Assembly: GCA_013178315.1 (NCBI GenBank)
Contig: JABLWX010000002.1
Span: forward strand, 232 to 64,231
DNA: 64,000 bases
From: Candidatus Aminicenantes bacterium
GTDB taxonomy: Bacteria > Acidobacteriota > Aminicenantia > Aminicenantales > Saccharicenantaceae
Direction of reading: 5' to 3'
The notes below the pieces were generated by a model. The model was not told where the DNA came from. It did no database searches and saw nothing but the letters and a program-made list of their open reading frames with translations. Position numbers and translations under genes: made by a program. Of this stretch, positions 28,252 through 38,514 are shown piece by piece. Each line of letters starts with the position of its first letter. Positions within the stretch are counted from its first letter, which is position 1.

Positions 28252-30993
28252 ATGCCCGGAAAACTTTTATCTAAGTCTATCTTTATGAAATTGCTGGTTA
28301 TGACGCTGGCCGTTTTGGTCCTGACGGCAGCTCACCTGACGGCTCAACCCAAGCTGAGCAGCGATGATGTGAAACTGTTTCAGTTCAGGAATCTCGGCCC
28401 CTTCCGGGCCGGCTCCTGGGTGACCTGTTTTGCCGTGCCCGAGTTTCCGGCGGAAGCCCATCTTTATACTTTCTACGTGGGAACCAGGAACGGCGGCGTC
28501 TGGAAGACCACCAACAACGGTACCACCTTTGAACCGGTCTTCGACGGGCAGAGCCACCTGTCAATCGGAGCCATAGCCCTGGCCCCATCCAGCCCGGAAA
28601 CCGTCTGGGTGGGAACGGGCGAGGCCTATTGTGCCCGCAGTTCCCAGAGCGGTGACGGCGTTTATAAATCGACCGATGGCGGCCGGACCTGGAAGAGAAT
28701 GGGGCTCGTTGACTCCCACCACATACCCAGGATCATAGTTCATCCCCGTAACCCGGACATCGTCTACGTGGCGGCCATGGGACATCTTTTTACCCCCAGT
28801 GCCGAGCGAGGCGTCTTCAAGACCGAAGACGGCGGCCAGACCTGGAAGAAGGTCCTTTACATCAACGACAGGGTGGGGGTGATCGACCTGGTCATGGACC
28901 CGGCCAATCCCGAGGTGCTCTATGCCGCGAGCTACGACAAGGTTCGGTTGCCCTGGCACTACGAAGCCGGGGGCCCGGAAAGCGGGATTTACAAGACAAC
29001 CGACGGCGGGATGACCTGGAAGAGGCTGGCCGGGGGATTACCATCCGGATACGTCGGCCGCATCGGAATCGACATCTACCGGAAAAATCCCCAGGTCCTG
29101 TATGCCGTGGTGGAAAATTTCCGACAACCCACCACCGAAGAGGTGGCCGCGGCCCGCAAGGCCGGACGCCTGGCCCGCCCGGTTCCGCTGGGCGAAGTCT
29201 ACCGGACTGACGACGGCGGCCAGACCTGGGTTAAGGTCAACAGCGGGAAAGAACCTCTGGCCAACAAGGCCCCGTATTCTTTTAATCAACTTTACATTGC
29301 TCCCGACAACGACCAGGTTCTGTACATAACCGGGGTAACCCTGGCCAGCTCGGTGGACGGCGGTCGGACCTGGCGTGATGCCGACTGGCCACCGGAGGCC
29401 CTGTTCCAGTCGGCCTTTGGCGACGTCAGGACCCTGTGGATTGACCCGCAGAATTCGAAGAGAATTCTTTTCGGAAGCGATGGCGGCGTCTATGTTTCCT
29501 ACGACGGTGGAAAGACCTGCCACCATTTTTACAACCTGCCGCTCGGCGAAATCTATGCCCTGGGGGTGGACATGGACGAGCCCTACAATATCTATGCCGG
29601 GCTCCAGGACCACGATTCCTGGAAGGGCCCGTCCAATTCCTGGTCTGGCCAGGTGAACCTCAGCGACTGGGTAACGGTCGGGGGTGGAGACGGGATGTAC
29701 AACGTGGTTGACCCCACCGACAGCCGCTGGGTTTACAACTGCCGGGAGTTCGGGAATTTCTTCCGGCTTGACCAGAAGACCGGGACCCGCCAGAGGATCC
29801 AGCCAGTAAGAAGTCGGGATAAAGAACCATACCGTTTTAACTGGACCCCACCAATTCACCTTTCGCCTCACAACAGCTCCATCGTCTATATCGGGGCCCA
29901 GGTCCTGCTGCGTTCTCTTAACCGCGGTGACGACTGGGAAGAGATAAGCCCGGACCTGACCACCAATGATAAGAGCAAGCAGTCTGGCGCCGGCAATATA
30001 ACCTTCTGCACAATAACCACCATCTCCGAGTCGCCACGCAAACCCGGGGTTGTCTGGGTGGGGACGGACGACGGCAAAGTGCAGGTGACGACGAACGGCG
30101 GGACCAGCTGGACCGACTGCACGCCGGCCCTGGCCAGGGCCGGGGCCCCGGCCCAACTCTGGGTCAGCCGGGTCCTGGCCTCTCCCCATGACCCGGGAAC
30201 GGCCTTTGTGGCCAAGAGTGGTTTCCGGAACGATGATTTTAAGCCATATCTTTTCCGGACCACTGATTACGGCCGAACCTGGACCTCGATTTCAGCCGGC
30301 CTTCCGGATAGCCCGGTCAACGTCGTAGTCCAGGATGGCCAGAATCCAGACCTGTTATTTGCCGGCACGGATAACGGCCTGTTTGTTTCCCTCGACCTGG
30401 GAAAGAGCTGGCTTCCTTTCCAGAATAACATGCCCGCGGTCAAGGTAACCGACCTGGTAATTCATCCTCGAGAAGCCGACCTGGTGGTCGGGACCTATGG
30501 ACGGGGCATCTGGGTGACCAACATCTGGCCGCTGCGGGAAATGAAACCGGAAATTCTGAACCAACCTGTCTATTTATTTACCATCAGGCCGGCCATCCAG
30601 AAACAGTACCCGGTCTTCGGCAATTATCATCTTACGGGTGATAGCCACCTGTTCACTCCCAACGAACCTGATGAAGTGGTCATACATTATTACTTAAAGC
30701 AAGAAGCCGGGGAAAAGGTTAAGGTCGGGATATACGATGCGGAAAGAAAACTTCTGCGGGAGCTTGAAGGCCCGGGTAGAGCTGGACTGAACCGGGTGAG
30801 CTGGGACATGAGAAAGGCCGGAGAAGGTCGGCCTGGCCCCAGGGTTGAGCCCGGCAAGTATTTTGTGGTTCTTCAGGTGGCCGGGGTTAAGCTCGAACAG
30901 CCATCGCCCATCAAGAAGAGAATAAGCTGGTCCCTGGGCCCGCAGCCGGTTGTCCTGATGACCCCTGACCGGCAGGATAATTTTGAAGAGTGA
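28252..30993 (+). CDS. BNR/Asp-box repeat beta-propeller protein (sortilin/GH74-like), secreted
   Basis: Multiple 'S.DGG.TW' BNR motifs ('STDGGRTWKR', 'TEDGGQTWKK', 'TTDGGMTWKR', 'TDDGGQTWVK'). AGGAGG RBS upstream of ATG 28252. Confidence 0.7.
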   Translation: MPGKLLSKSIFMKLLVMTLAVLVLTAAHLTAQPKLSSDDVKLFQFRNLGPFRAGSWVTCFAVPEFPAEAHLYTFYVGTRNGGVWKTTNNGTTFEPVFDGQSHLSIGAIALAPSSPETVWVGTGEAYCARSSQSGDGVYKSTDGGRTWKRMGLVDSHHIPRIIVHPRNPDIVYVAAMGHLFTPSAERGVFKTEDGGQTWKKVLYINDRVGVIDLVMDPANPEVLYAASYDKVRLPWHYEAGGPESGIYKTTDGGMTWKRLAGGLPSGYVGRIGIDIYRKNPQVLYAVVENFRQPTTEEVAAARKAGRLARPVPLGEVYRTDDGGQTWVKVNSGKEPLANKAPYSFNQLYIAPDNDQVLYITGVTLASSVDGGRTWRDADWPPEALFQSAFGDVRTLWIDPQNSKRILFGSDGGVYVSYDGGKTCHHFYNLPLGEIYALGVDMDEPYNIYAGLQDHDSWKGPSNSWSGQVNLSDWVTVGGGDGMYNVVDPTDSRWVYNCREFGNFFRLDQKTGTRQRIQPVRSRDKEPYRFNWTPPIHLSPHNSSIVYIGAQVLLRSLNRGDDWEEISPDLTTNDKSKQSGAGNITFCTITTISESPRKPGVVWVGTDDGKVQVTTNGGTSWTDCTPALARAGAPAQLWVSRVLASPHDPGTAFVAKSGFRNDDFKPYLFRTTDYGRTWTSISAGLPDSPVNVVVQDGQNPDLLFAGTDNGLFVSLDLGKSWLPFQNNMPAVKVTDLVIHPREADLVVGTYGRGIWVTNIWPLREMKPEILNQPVYLFTIRPAIQKQYPVFGNYHLTGDSHLFTPNEPDEVVIHYYLKQEAGEKVKVGIYDAERKLLRELEGPGRAGLNRVSWDMRKAGEGRPGPRVEPGKYFVVLQVAGVKLEQPSPIKKRISWSLGPQPVVLMTPDRQDNFEE

Positions 30994-31093
30994 GCGGGCC
31001 TTCAATGGAGTTGAATAAAATCTTTTCTGGCCGGACGCAAATCGGCTATGATGTCTTTAGATGGCCAGAAAGATAACGATCAAGGAGGTTTCG

Positions 31094-33520
31094 ATGTCAG
31101 GATTAGTTACCAGGAAGAAAACGCTGGCGGTTTTTTGCCTGTTGCTCGGAGCCTGGTTGTTTTCAGCCTGTTCCGCGGAAAAAAGGGATTATTCCATCAA
31201 GCCGGTCGACCTGACCGCAGTCCGCTTCTCCAACGGCTTCTGGAGCTCCAGGATAGAAACTAACGGGAGGGTTACCATACCCCATGCTTTCCGGCAGAGC
31301 GAAGAGACCGGCCGGATCAAGAACTTCGAGATAGCGGCCGGGCTGGCCGAGGGCGATTTCTGTTCCCGATATCCTTTTGACGATTCCGATATTTACAAGA
31401 TGATAGAAGGCGCCTCCTACCAGATGATGCTCCACCCCGACCCGGAACTCGATAAGTACCTTGACGGCCTGATTGCCAAGATCGCCGCCGCCCAGGAAAA
31501 GGACGGTTACCTTTATACTGCCCGGGCCATCAAGAACAAGGGCGGAAAGATACCCCTGGAAGAATGGGTGACCGACAAGAGGTGGGAGAGAGAGCAGGAT
31601 GCCCACGAGCTGTACAACGCCGGTCATCTCTACGAGGCGGCCGTGGCCCATTACCTGGCCACCGGCAAGAAGACCCTGCTGGAGGTGGCCCTGAAAAATG
31701 CCGAGCTCATCTTGAAGGACTTCGGCCCCGGGAAGGTGATGTTGCCACCGGGACACCAGGAAATTGAAATCGGGCTGGTCAAGCTTTACCGCCTAACTGG
31801 AAAGAAAAAGTACCTGGACCTGGCCAGGTTCTTCCTCGACCAGCGTGGCAACAAGGAAGGTCATGAACTTTATGGTTTTTACTCCCAGGACCACCTGCAG
31901 GTGAGGGAACAGAAAGAGGCAGTTGGCCATGCCGTCCGGGCGGCCTACATGTATTCCGGGATGGCTGACGTGGCGGCCCTGACCGGCGACCAGTCCCTGG
32001 TCCAGGCCCTGGACAGCCTGTGGGAAGACGTGGTTTACCGGAAGATTTACCTGACCGGCGGCATCGGTTCCACCGGGGCCTGGGAAGGCTTCGGCCCGGC
32101 CTACAATCTGCCCAACGGCTCGGCCTATGCCGAAACCTGCGCCTCCATCGCCAACGCCTTCTGGAATTACCGGATGTTCCGGCTGCACGGCGAGGCCAAG
32201 TACCTCGACGTTTTCGAGCGGATTCTCTACAACGGCTTCCTGTCCGGAATTGCCCTGACCGGCGACCGGTTCTTCTATGCCAACCCGCTGGCCTCCTTCG
32301 GCCAGCATGAAAGAAGCCCCTGGTTCGCCTGCGCCTGCTGCCCGCCGAACATAGTCCGCTTCATTCCCCAGCTCGGGCAGTATGTCTATGCCACCTCGGG
32401 TGACAGGCTTTACGTCAACCTGTTTGCCCGGAGCCGGGGCCAGGTGGAGATGGAGGACCTGAAGGTGGAGATGGAGCAGGAAACTGATTATCCCTGGAGA
32501 GGCGATATAAAAATCAAGGTCAACCCGGCCAGGGAAGACGATTTCACGATAATGCTGCGGATTCCAGGCTGGGCCCTGGGGCAACCCATTCCGGGGGACC
32601 TCTATCGTTATGCCGACACGAAAGAGGCCCGGCCAGTGGTTAAGGTCAACGGAGAAGAGCTGGCCCTTAACCTGGAAAATGGTTTCCTGCCGATTGCCCG
32701 GAAATGGAAGGCCGGAGACACCATAGAGGTCAGCCTGCCCCTGGAGCCGCGCCCGGTCCTGGCCAATGAAAAGGTCAAGGATGATGCCGGGCTGGTGGCC
32801 GTGGAAAGGGGTCCCCTGGTTTATTGCGCCGAGTGGCCTGATAATGGCGGCCGGGTCAGCAACCTGTTATTGCCCGATGGTGCTACCCTGACCTCTGAAT
32901 TCCGGAGCGACCTGCTGGGTGGACTGGTGGTGGTCAGGGCCGCGGGCCGGGCTTACCGGATGGAAAAAGAAAAGGTTGTGGGCCAGGATAAGGAGATTAC
33001 CCTTATCCCATATTACGCCTGGGCTCACCGTGGCCGCGGGGAAATGGCCGTCTGGCTGGCCCGGGAAGAAGGAAAGGTCAGGCCGACACCCGAACCTTCC
33101 CTGGCCTCAAAGGCCAGGGTGGAAGCCTCCGAGGGCGCCCGCGGGGCCAGGTTCATCAACGACCAGTATGAACCCACCAGTTCCATCGACCACTCGGTCG
33201 GCTATCTTCACTGGTGGCCGAAGAGAGGGACCACCGAATGGGTGAGCTACGAGTTCCCAATCCCGGTCCGGGTGTCAGAAGCGGCCGTCTACTGGTTCGA
33301 TGATACCGGCCTGGGCGAGTGCCGGGTGCCTGAATCCTGGAAGCTTTACTATAAAAAGGGCAACGACTGGGTTCCGGTCAAGAACCTGACTCCCTATGGC
33401 CTGGAGAAAGACAGGTACAACCTGGTTAAGTTTTCTCCCGTGGTCACCACGGCTATTAAGGTTGAGATCAAGAGCCAGGAAAAGTTTTCAGCCGGCATCC
33501 AGGAATGGCGAGTGAAGTAA
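31094..33520 (+). CDS. Glycoside hydrolase family 127 beta-L-arabinofuranosidase (DUF1680), lipoprotein
   Basis: Lipobox 'LFSAC'. GH127-like Cys cluster 'FACACCPPN'. Paralog of 36518..38509. AAGGAGG RBS. Confidence 0.75.
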   Translation: MSGLVTRKKTLAVFCLLLGAWLFSACSAEKRDYSIKPVDLTAVRFSNGFWSSRIETNGRVTIPHAFRQSEETGRIKNFEIAAGLAEGDFCSRYPFDDSDIYKMIEGASYQMMLHPDPELDKYLDGLIAKIAAAQEKDGYLYTARAIKNKGGKIPLEEWVTDKRWEREQDAHELYNAGHLYEAAVAHYLATGKKTLLEVALKNAELILKDFGPGKVMLPPGHQEIEIGLVKLYRLTGKKKYLDLARFFLDQRGNKEGHELYGFYSQDHLQVREQKEAVGHAVRAAYMYSGMADVAALTGDQSLVQALDSLWEDVVYRKIYLTGGIGSTGAWEGFGPAYNLPNGSAYAETCASIANAFWNYRMFRLHGEAKYLDVFERILYNGFLSGIALTGDRFFYANPLASFGQHERSPWFACACCPPNIVRFIPQLGQYVYATSGDRLYVNLFARSRGQVEMEDLKVEMEQETDYPWRGDIKIKVNPAREDDFTIMLRIPGWALGQPIPGDLYRYADTKEARPVVKVNGEELALNLENGFLPIARKWKAGDTIEVSLPLEPRPVLANEKVKDDAGLVAVERGPLVYCAEWPDNGGRVSNLLLPDGATLTSEFRSDLLGGLVVVRAAGRAYRMEKEKVVGQDKEITLIPYYAWAHRGRGEMAVWLAREEGKVRPTPEPSLASKARVEASEGARGARFINDQYEPTSSIDHSVGYLHWWPKRGTTEWVSYEFPIPVRVSEAAVYWFDDTGLGECRVPESWKLYYKKGNDWVPVKNLTPYGLEKDRYNLVKFSPVVTTAIKVEIKSQEKFSAGIQEWRVK

Positions 33521-33995
33521 GCGACCAGGACCTGCACGAAAAGAACCTGGAGATTTTCTTCTGGCTGAGATGCCCGGTGGTTTGAGGACGAGCGCCAGGT
33601 TGGTTGCCAGGAGAATGCTTTAGAAAGTCCGGGAGAGTCGAAACCGGATTCCGAGGTCTGAAGTTTCGGACTAAAACAGGAACGGATGAAGAAACCGGGG
33701 AGAAGAAAGAGAACCTGGCTTGATTTGGACTGAGGAAATTGCTGGTCGGGCATCCTGCAGAGGGTAGAACCAGCTAATAATAGATAACCTGAAAATAGAG
33801 AGGCTGATAGCACCGGCCCGGACTAAAAGAAGAAATGGTGAGCGAAATGGCCGGAGTATCAGCCGGAGAAGAAATGATTTTCTTCACCAGTCCGCTGGTC
33901 CGGCCGGATGGTTGTGGATATGACATGAGAGCTGGCTCAAAGAATAAATAAAAAAATAAGGTAGAAGTAAATTATAAATTTTTGTGGAGGAGACG

Positions 33996-36413
33996 ATGAA
34001 AGTTAGCCCTAATCTTAATAAGAATGGAAATATCCGCTTTTCTTCTCACGAATTGCTGAGATTGTTCCGGCCCGGCCGATCAGTTGCCCTGTTGATTCTG
34101 ATGTTAGCCCTGGCCTGGCTGGTCGTCTCCGCTGACCAGGGTCGGCAGCTTCTGCCCAATCCTTCCTTTGAAGAGACAAAAGACGGAAAGCCGGTGGGCT
34201 GGCATCCGGCCACCTTCCAGAGGGAAGCTTCCTTTGAAATGGATAAGGTGGCCAGGACCGGTTCCTGGAGTCTTAAAATCAGCTCGGAGAAAGGAGCCGA
34301 TGCTGCCTGGTCTACCCAGGTCAGGGTCCTTCCCTTTGCCCGCTACCGGTTCAGTGGCTGGGTCAAGACCGAGAATATCAAGTCCCAGGGCGGGAAAGGC
34401 GTTCTTTTTAATGTTCACGGCCTGGAAAGATTCCAGACCCGGGCCCTTACCGGCAGCAACGACTGGACCCGCCTGGAAATGATCATAGACACGGAGCTGA
34501 ATGATGCCCTGCAGATCAACTGTTTGTTCGGCGGCTGGGGAAAGGTAACCGGGCAGGCCTGGTTTGATGACCTGAGCCTGGAATTGCTTTCGGCCCGGAA
34601 GCTCCGGCCCCGGGCCACGGTTTATCCGGCCCGGAAACTGGAGCCGATTTCTCCTTACCTCTACGGCCAGTTCATCGAACATCTGGGGCGATGCATCTAC
34701 CAGGGAATCTGGGCCGAGATGCTGGAAGACAGGAAATTCTACCAGGCGGTTGGCACGCCGGATTCTCCCTGGAAGATAGCCGGCGAACCTCACTCCGTTC
34801 ACATGAACCCGCTGCTGACCTATGCCGGGATCCCGGTGCCTGAGATCCGCCTCAAGGGAAACGGCCGGGAAGCTGGGATTTATCAGGAGTCCCTCGCCCT
34901 TCAGAAAGGAAGAAAATATACCGGGCGCCTCGTTCTGGCCGGGGACCCGGGCGCCCTACCGCTGGAGGTCAGGCTGGTCTGGGGTGAGGGACGGGATGAA
35001 AGGGAAGTGGTCAGGATTGACAGGATCAGCCCTGATTATGAGAAATTTTATTTTGATTTTGCCTCCAGGGCAGATACCGAGAACGGGCGCCTGGAAATCG
35101 TCAGCCGGGGCAGCGAGGCTTTCCGGGTGGCTGCCGTCTCCCTGATGCCGGCCGATAACCTGGAGGGCTTCAGACCGGAAGTGATTAAACTCCTGCGGGA
35201 GCTGAATTCTCCCGTCTACCGCTGGCCGGGCGGAAATTTTGTCTCGGGGTACGATTGGCGGGATGGAATCGGCGACCCCGACCGCCGTCCGCCGCGCAAG
35301 AACCCGGCCTGGCAGGGAATCGAGCATAACGATGTGGGTATCCATGAATTCATGGCTTTCTGCCGGCTGGTGGGGGCCGAGCCTTACATCGCCGTCAACA
35401 GTGGCCAGGGAAACGAGACCATGGCCGCCGACGAGGTGGAATATGTCAACGGCTCCCCCGACACCCCGATGGGTCGCCTCCGGGCTCAAAACGGTCACCC
35501 CGAGCCCTTTAACTGCCGCTTCTGGTCCATTGGTAACGAGATGTACGGAGACTGGCAGCTGGGTCATATGCCGCTTGCGGATTATGTCAGAAAACATAAC
35601 CGTTTGGCTGAAGCCATGAAGGCCAGGGACCCGAATATCAAGCTGATTGCCGTGGGGGCGGTTGGCGACTGGAGCCGGGGCATGCTGGAAGCCTGCGCCG
35701 ACCACATGGACTACATCAGCGAGCATTTTTACGTGGGCGAACGCCCGGGTCTTCTCAGCCATGTCTACCAGGTGCCCCGGGCCATAAGAAGAATTGCCGA
35801 GGCCCATCGCCAGTACCGGAAGACGATTCCGCAACTGAAGGGAAAGGATATCCGGATTGCTCTCGACGAGTGGAACTACTGGTATGGTCCGTATGTCTAC
35901 GGCGAGCTGGGCACCCAGTATTTCCTGAAAGACGCCCTGGGCATAGCGGCCGGGCTGCACGAATACTACCGGCAGGCGGACATCATCTACATGGCCAACT
36001 ATGCCCAGACGGTTAATGTCATCGGGGCCATCAAGACCTCCAGGATCGAGGCCGTGTTCGACACCACCGGGCTGGTGCTGAAGCTTTACCGCCAGGAATT
36101 CGGCACCGTGCCGGTTAAGGTCTCCGGCCAGCCCGAACCCCTGGATGTCATGGCCGCCTGGAAAGAAGACGGGAAGACGTTGACCATGGCCGTGGTCAAC
36201 CCGACGGCCGAAAAGCAGACCCTGGCCCTGGACCTGGCCGGGTTCCGGGTGAAGGGCGTGGAAAAGATTCTGAGAATCAGCGGTCCGCACGAGAAAGCCT
36301 GCAACGTTCCCGGGCAGAAGCCGGAGGTGGAAATTACCACGGTTAACGAGAAGTTTGTCCCCGAACGGCTGCAGTTGCCCCCGCTGAGCATCACCCTGTA
36401 TGTGCTGAAATAA
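33996..36413 (+). CDS. Alpha-L-arabinofuranosidase, GH51, with an N-terminal carbohydrate-binding-like domain
   Basis: 'VYRWPGGNFVSGYDWRDGIG', 'WSIGNEMYGDWQ' (catalytic acid region), 'DEWNYWYG'. Confidence 0.8.
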   Translation: MKVSPNLNKNGNIRFSSHELLRLFRPGRSVALLILMLALAWLVVSADQGRQLLPNPSFEETKDGKPVGWHPATFQREASFEMDKVARTGSWSLKISSEKGADAAWSTQVRVLPFARYRFSGWVKTENIKSQGGKGVLFNVHGLERFQTRALTGSNDWTRLEMIIDTELNDALQINCLFGGWGKVTGQAWFDDLSLELLSARKLRPRATVYPARKLEPISPYLYGQFIEHLGRCIYQGIWAEMLEDRKFYQAVGTPDSPWKIAGEPHSVHMNPLLTYAGIPVPEIRLKGNGREAGIYQESLALQKGRKYTGRLVLAGDPGALPLEVRLVWGEGRDEREVVRIDRISPDYEKFYFDFASRADTENGRLEIVSRGSEAFRVAAVSLMPADNLEGFRPEVIKLLRELNSPVYRWPGGNFVSGYDWRDGIGDPDRRPPRKNPAWQGIEHNDVGIHEFMAFCRLVGAEPYIAVNSGQGNETMAADEVEYVNGSPDTPMGRLRAQNGHPEPFNCRFWSIGNEMYGDWQLGHMPLADYVRKHNRLAEAMKARDPNIKLIAVGAVGDWSRGMLEACADHMDYISEHFYVGERPGLLSHVYQVPRAIRRIAEAHRQYRKTIPQLKGKDIRIALDEWNYWYGPYVYGELGTQYFLKDALGIAAGLHEYYRQADIIYMANYAQTVNVIGAIKTSRIEAVFDTTGLVLKLYRQEFGTVPVKVSGQPEPLDVMAAWKEDGKTLTMAVVNPTAEKQTLALDLAGFRVKGVEKILRISGPHEKACNVPGQKPEVEITTVNEKFVPERLQLPPLSITLYVLK

Positions 36414-36414
36414 A

Positions 36415-36439
36415 AATTCCTACTAAATTAGTAGGAATT
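36415..36439. promoter_or_regulatory. 25-bp perfect palindrome AATTCCTACTAA-A-TTAGTAGGAATT (operator or terminator hairpin) between GH51 and the second GH127
   Basis: Seen directly in the sequence. Followed by a GC hairpin GGCCC-CGGTTTC-GGGCC at 36451-36467. Confidence 0.45.
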
Positions 36440-36517
36440 AGGGCCGGCCCGGCCCCGGTTTCGGGCCAACCGGATTTTCCGGGAGCCGATGTGGTAAAAT
36501 CGGCCTGGAGAGAAAAA

Positions 36518-38509
36518 ATGAAAAAAATAGCCTTAGCCTGCCTGCTGGTTTCAAGCCTGGTTTTTTCTGGCTGTGAAAGACCACCTGTGGCCCCGGAAAG
36601 TGCCGGCCAGGATTATCCCATCCAGCCGGTTAATTTCTGGGAGGTCAAGGTAACCGACGAGTTCTGGGCGCCGAGGATGGAAACCAACCGCCTGGTGACT
36701 GTGCCCTATCTCTTCCGGATGAACGAGGAAACGGGCCGGGTGGACAATTTCCGGATTGCCGCCGGCCTCAAGAAGGGTCAGCATACCGGAAAGAGGTATA
36801 ACGATTCCGATGTTTACAAGGCCATAGAAGCGGCGGCCTACACCCTGAAGACCCATCCCGACCCGGACCTGAAGCGCCGGATAGATGAGCTGGTGGAGCT
36901 CATCGCCGGGGCCCAGGAGCCGGACGGCTACCTTTTTACCACCCGGACCATCGACCCTAAAAACCCGGCTCCCGGCTCCGGGGCGGAGAGGTGGTCCAAT
37001 CTCCGGGTGAGCCACGAGCTCTACAACCTGGGCCACCTGTACGAGGCAGCGGTGGCCTATTTCCAGTCTACCGGCGAGAAAAACCTGCTGGAGGTGGCCA
37101 TAAAAAGTGCCGACCTGCTGGTGAGGACCTTTGGCCCCGACCGTCGGCGGGGCTTTCCCGGGCACCAGGAAATTGAAATCGGGCTGGTCAAGCTGTACCG
37201 GGTTACCGGCAACGAAGATTACCTGAAGCTGGCCAAGTTCTTCCTGGATGAACGCGGCCACTACCACGGCGGGGAGGTCTATCCGGCGACCTCTCCCTTC
37301 CACATTTACAATTCTGAAGAATACCTGCAGAACCACAAGCCGGTGCTGGAGCAGACCGAGGCCGTGGGCCACGCCGTCCGGGCTACCTACATGTACAGCG
37401 GGATGCTGGACGTGGCCGCGGTGGGAGGTTACCCGGAGTATGCCAGGGCCAGCCGGACCCTCTGGGAAAACGTGGTTGGCCAGAAACTCTACCTGACCGG
37501 CGGAATCGGTTCTACCGGCGAGTACGAAGCCTTCGGGCCTGGCTATGACCTGCCCAACGAGCAGGCTTATGCTGAAACCTGCGCCGCGGTGGGCAACGCC
37601 TTCTGGAACCAGCGTCTTTTCCAGATGGAGGGAGACGGCCGCTACATAGACGTTCTGGAAAGGATTATCTATAACGGCCTGCTATCGGGGGTCGGGCTGT
37701 CCGGGGACCGCTTCTTCTACCAGAACCCGCTGGCCTCCAGGGGCAAGTACGAAAGAAGCAGCTGGTTCGAGGTGGCCTGCTGCCCGGCCAACGCCGCCCG
37801 CTTCCTGGCCACCTTTCCCCAGTACATCTATGCCCATTCCTGGCAGGAAGTATTTATCAACCTTTACGTGAATTCCTCGGCCCAGTTTGACTTCCAGAAC
37901 ACCAGGCTGGAAATAGTCCAGGAAACCAAGTATCCCTGGCTGGGACAGGTCAAGGTCGGGGTCAACCCTTCCCGGGTCCGGGAATTTGTCCTGTGTCTCC
38001 GGATTCCCGGCTGGGTTCAGGGAGGGCCGGTTCCTTCCGACCTATACAGATACCTTGACGGGGAATCCGGGCAGGTGGTGGTCAGGTTGAACCGCAAGGT
38101 CATTCCCGTGGAAATAGATCGCGGCTACCTCAGGATAAAGAGAAAATGGGTCAGGGGCGACGTGGTGGAAATTCTCTTTCCCATGCCCGTCAGGAGGGTG
38201 GTAGCCCATCCAGATGTGGTCGAGGACAGGGGCCGGGTGGCCATTGAGCGGGGTCCAGTGGTCTTCTGCGCCGAAGGACGGGATAACGGCGGGACGGCCC
38301 TGAACCTGGCCGTTCCGGACGCCACCCGGTTTCAGCAGTGGTACCGCAATGACCTCCTGGGCGGGGTGACCGTCATCACCGGCGGCGGGCTGGTGGTTGA
38401 CGACAAGGGTAATGAAGTTCGGAAACAGAATCTCTTCCTGATTCCCTACTTTGGCTGGGCTAACCGGGGAGCCTGGGAAATGGCCGTCTGGCTGCACCGG
38501 AAAGAATGA
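36518..38509 (+). CDS. Glycoside hydrolase family 127 beta-L-arabinofuranosidase (second copy), lipoprotein
   Basis: Lipobox 'VFSGC'. 'VACCPANAARF'. Collinear similarity to 31094..33520. Confidence 0.75.
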   Translation: MKKIALACLLVSSLVFSGCERPPVAPESAGQDYPIQPVNFWEVKVTDEFWAPRMETNRLVTVPYLFRMNEETGRVDNFRIAAGLKKGQHTGKRYNDSDVYKAIEAAAYTLKTHPDPDLKRRIDELVELIAGAQEPDGYLFTTRTIDPKNPAPGSGAERWSNLRVSHELYNLGHLYEAAVAYFQSTGEKNLLEVAIKSADLLVRTFGPDRRRGFPGHQEIEIGLVKLYRVTGNEDYLKLAKFFLDERGHYHGGEVYPATSPFHIYNSEEYLQNHKPVLEQTEAVGHAVRATYMYSGMLDVAAVGGYPEYARASRTLWENVVGQKLYLTGGIGSTGEYEAFGPGYDLPNEQAYAETCAAVGNAFWNQRLFQMEGDGRYIDVLERIIYNGLLSGVGLSGDRFFYQNPLASRGKYERSSWFEVACCPANAARFLATFPQYIYAHSWQEVFINLYVNSSAQFDFQNTRLEIVQETKYPWLGQVKVGVNPSRVREFVLCLRIPGWVQGGPVPSDLYRYLDGESGQVVVRLNRKVIPVEIDRGYLRIKRKWVRGDVVEILFPMPVRRVVAHPDVVEDRGRVAIERGPVVFCAEGRDNGGTALNLAVPDATRFQQWYRNDLLGGVTVITGGGLVVDDKGNEVRKQNLFLIPYFGWANRGAWEMAVWLHRKE

Positions 38510-38514
38510 GCCGC

